Of a stretch of DNA of 64,000 nucleotides, positions 60,751-64,000 are shown one piece after another. The translations under genes were made by a program, and so were the position numbers. Source of the stretch: Macrostomum lignano. Lineage: Eukaryota. Location: positions 86,390 through 150,389 of the forward strand of contig NIVC01002675.1 of the NCBI GenBank assembly GCA_002269645.1, in the 5' to 3' direction. Within the stretch, counting starts at the first letter, position 1, and each line of letters starts with the position of its first letter. A model generated the notes under the pieces. It worked only from the letters and a program-made list of their open reading frames with translations, did no database searches and was not told the origin of the DNA.

Positions 60751-62639
60751 TGGAGGATTCTTTTTCCGTCGCCGCCAAATGAAGGCTACGACTGCACTAT
60801 AAGCTTAGAAGCGGCGATCTCTCTAATCGCCACTTGCATGGTGAATGCATGGGAACCTAAATCAGTTGGAGGTAGAGAAAAGTGTGATGGGGAAATTTCA
60901 TTGGCTGCATAGTTGCCATGGGTCACCAAGAAACATTTAGACTTCAGTTGGGTCGAGATAATAGTGTATTGTACTGAAGTTGGCGATCAGTGAGCAGGGT
61001 TAGTCATCATTCCGCCCACCCATCTTCAGATCCCAAGCTAGCGTTCATGTACTCAGTTCTGTCTGTCTCTTACCTAGTTGAGTACTCAGAATCGCCCTAA
61101 GCTCTGTAGAATAGATATAACCCGCACAACTGTTTGAGAATTGAAATTTGAAAAGTTGCTAGGTAAACAGTGGGGGTAAAACTTGGGGTAGAGAAGGTAG
61201 AAAAGTTCTCCCATCCCAATTCTCAAGGTCGATGCCTTGTCTGCATGGCAGAGAACTGCGATCATGCTGCCCACCCTGACCCCAGGGCCGCCTCCTCCCT
61301 TCCGTACTGAGACGGGACTCAATCATGCAAATCCCGTACGCATTTAAGATGGACTGAAAAGGAGAGAAAGTTGGGGGCAGGAGAGGAGGGAAGCAATTGC
61401 TATCCCCTCATCCGCCAAAAGCAGGCATCGCCTGTGCGGCCAGCTGAAGGGATGGGCGATGGACGAACCGGGGGGGGGGGGGGCGATGTGCACGTGGCCG
61501 CTTCTCTGTCCAATGCGTCTTGAAGGGAGTTGACAAGCTACATACACAGCAGTATTCCTCAAGCCTAGCTCTAGCTCTCAAGTCTTTCAATCGGTCATGG
61601 AAATGTTCTAACGTCTACCTAGATCGGCATTATTTGTACGTTGCACCTCGAATTAATTTTCAACCTGTAAGTATAGTTAACGCTCTTTCCTATAATATTG
61701 TAGGACCTGCGAATATCTTTATTTTTCAAGATTAAATATTGAGATCTTCGCATTCAAATCCTGCAAAATGGCAGTCTCCAGCACAGAACGAACCCTTTTT
61801 CTACGCTTCTGCCAACATTAGAGTGTGCTCAGTCAACACTATCCCCTGCATGCTTGAGCACACATTTTGTGAGCCCAATGTAGAACAGCTGGGTCGCAAG
61901 TAATGCGTTTATGAGCGACATTTTTCCTGCATAATTATTGGAAACGCGAGACTCTCTTAACTCTTAGTATTCGAGTGGCGAAAAAAACTTCCTACCTCCG
62001 GTGCAGCTGTGAGGAAGCTCACATTACGAATGTCCCGAGAAACAACTCTGCACTCACTATTTGCTAAAATTCAATGTACAGCCTCAATGTACGCTCGTAT
62101 ATTTGGGAGCTCAGCTCGAGAAACTGAAAGCTGAGCCGAATACGCTGAAACGGCTGCATATGAATATTATTTTAGATGCACAACAGAGGGAACTATGCTC
62201 AGCAAAAGTCAAAAGTTCCACCTGTACAAATCACGCGTAGTTAGAGAGAAAACTTCTCATTTATAATGCACAGTAAAAGGTGAATAAAAATATCTTTGCT
62301 TGTGGTGTGGAACTTTTTACTGTTGTTGGGTATAGGTATACAGTGCATATAGAGAAGAGCCATGCTAGCTACTCGTAGTACGAGGTGTCACAGCAGTCCC
62401 ACCAGTGTCACAACAGTGCCACAACAGCTACTATGAATCAGATGAAGCATAAACGCAGAAACGGATGTAGAGTATGTTATGCTTAATCACACGGCTTTTA
62501 CTTAGGTGTGTCATAAGTAATGTCGATGTGAAAACAGACGACCTGCAATCGCAGATGAACAAAACTGTATCACTCAGCAACATAAGAGTCCCCCAATATC
62601 AATCACCAGAGGGGTTTTGCAAAGATTTGACAAGAGTGG

Positions 62640-63320
62640 CGCGACAAGTTACAAGTTGATTAGTGACAAGCTACAAGTGCGCCTGATTTGTGTTGCTCAC
62701 GCACGCTTGTAGATTAATTGACAAGTTACAAGTTGATGGGCAATCAACTGTAGTCTATGGTTGAGCTTATTCCATGTAGGTACAAATTGACTGCATGATT
62801 TTTCTCCCCGCTAAGGTCTTCTTTGTTGTCCAACTATACATTTCTTTAGATAAGCATGCCATAAACGAACGAAAACAAGCGACTGTTTTTATCTCTAGTT
62901 CGAGATCACAAAAGCGTATTGTTTGGAGAATTTAGCGCCATTGTTACTAAGGACAAAAGAATTGCTTGCTGGAAGATTTCCTTGAATTTTGATTGAATGT
63001 TCGGGACGACTTAATTGGATCCTCCGCATCGGAATCTTCTGAATCTGAATCGTAAACATTTTTGCAATGCATGTGATATATGCTTTCAACCGATTACAAG
63101 CTTGAACAGCTCGTGGTTCACTACTCAACTTGTCACACTTAAATTTACTATGACACTAGTCAATATTAGATTCTATACAATAAACTGCTTGTAGCGCGAC
63201 TAGTCACTATTCACTTGCTTGTCGCCTACTTGTAAACTAGTCAAGTCTATGCAACATAAGTCACCATTCACTATTCACTTTGTCAAGCTTGTAGCTTGTA
63301 ACTTGCGACTAATCAATTCT
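62640..63320. mobile_element. Possible MITE with inverted ACAAGTTACAAG/CTTGTAACTTGT terminal motif arrays
   Basis: Motif clusters at 62640-62735 and, inverted, at 63125-63315; ends and TSD not resolved. Confidence 0.4.
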
Positions 63321-63329
63321 ATGCAACAC

Positions 63330-63975
63330 CCCCAGTGCTCATACAGCTTCTCCACTCCTCAGCCTGCAGGTGGTTTTCCTCCAGCTGCCGGAGCCAGTAG
63401 TGCAACGCGGCCTGTTTGACCTTTCATGGTTTGCAAAAATCTCTCGGAAAAGTCAGTCTTGAGCCATTTGAACAGAAATCTGTCGCACAAGTTGAAGTCC
63501 GGGCTGTAGGGACTCTGCCAGAGCAGATTCACTCGCGTGCAGCCAGAAAATCCGAAACAGCCTTACAGGTGTGCGGCGTGTGGTGTCCATCTGCAACAGC
63601 ACCTCGTCCAGGTGAATTGGGTTTGACCGGAGAGAGCGCCAGAGTCTCGCAGTGTGCCGGACAAAGTCGATAAAATACTGACCTTCGACATTGGTGTTCA
63701 GTGGAATTGTGCAGATGGAGACTCGTTTGTTTGGAGTGAAGGCCACCAGCAGCATGGTATTCTTGTCCCGACTTCCTGGTCACTGTCGCCTTGAGTCCCC
63801 AGCTCCCAGCCAGCAGCAATTGTCTGCCTTGCTGCCCTTGCCCTCCAGGTGAAGCCAGGTATTTTCTTCAACAACCAGGCAGTTTAGAATGTCATCCAAG
63901 CCCCGGCTGCTGAACACCTTGTGGATCTGCCTGGCGCAGGCGTCTTGTCGAGATTCATTGTGATTTGTGTTCATT
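63330..63975 (-). pseudogene. Mariner-family (D,D34D) transposase relic, frameshifted; 5' part runs off the window
   Basis: VVEENTWLH (decayed DETW); QMD...PHTCKAVSDFL...SPYSPDFNLCD gives 34 residues between the Ds after repairing frameshifts. Confidence 0.85.
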
Positions 63976-64000
63976 GTTTAGCAATTTGACGATCATTATT

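Overview
Eukaryotic (animal) genomic DNA with GC-rich spliced exons separated by introns filled with micro- and minisatellites. Compact cores, dense minisatellites and the gene set resemble free-living flatworms such as Macrostomum; this is an inference and was not verified. Five host genes are present, all on the minus strand: exon 1 of an intermediate filament/lamin-family gene, a 9-exon Venus kinase receptor (VKR)-type receptor tyrosine kinase (~1270 aa), a 5-exon C2H2 zinc-finger gene with a GC-AG intron, a complete RhoA-like GTPase (193 aa) and an inositol polyphosphate kinase whose 5' end is fused to a SINE. Mobile DNA comprises a degenerate RTE-type LINE, a near-intact Ngaro/DIRS-group tyrosine-recombinase retrotransposon with a SAP-like ORF1 N-terminus, and a Penelope-like relic with inverted terminal repeats that each carry a CpG-decayed minimal hammerhead ribozyme. 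It also includes tRNA-derived and CORE-type SINEs, hAT- and Merlin-like MITEs, a foldback-like long-TIR element, piggyBac and mariner fragments, and an unclassified 1.56 kb non-coding insertion with a target-site duplication. Most long ORFs in the supplied track are translations of tandem repeats. All calls were made by eye; no database searches were run.
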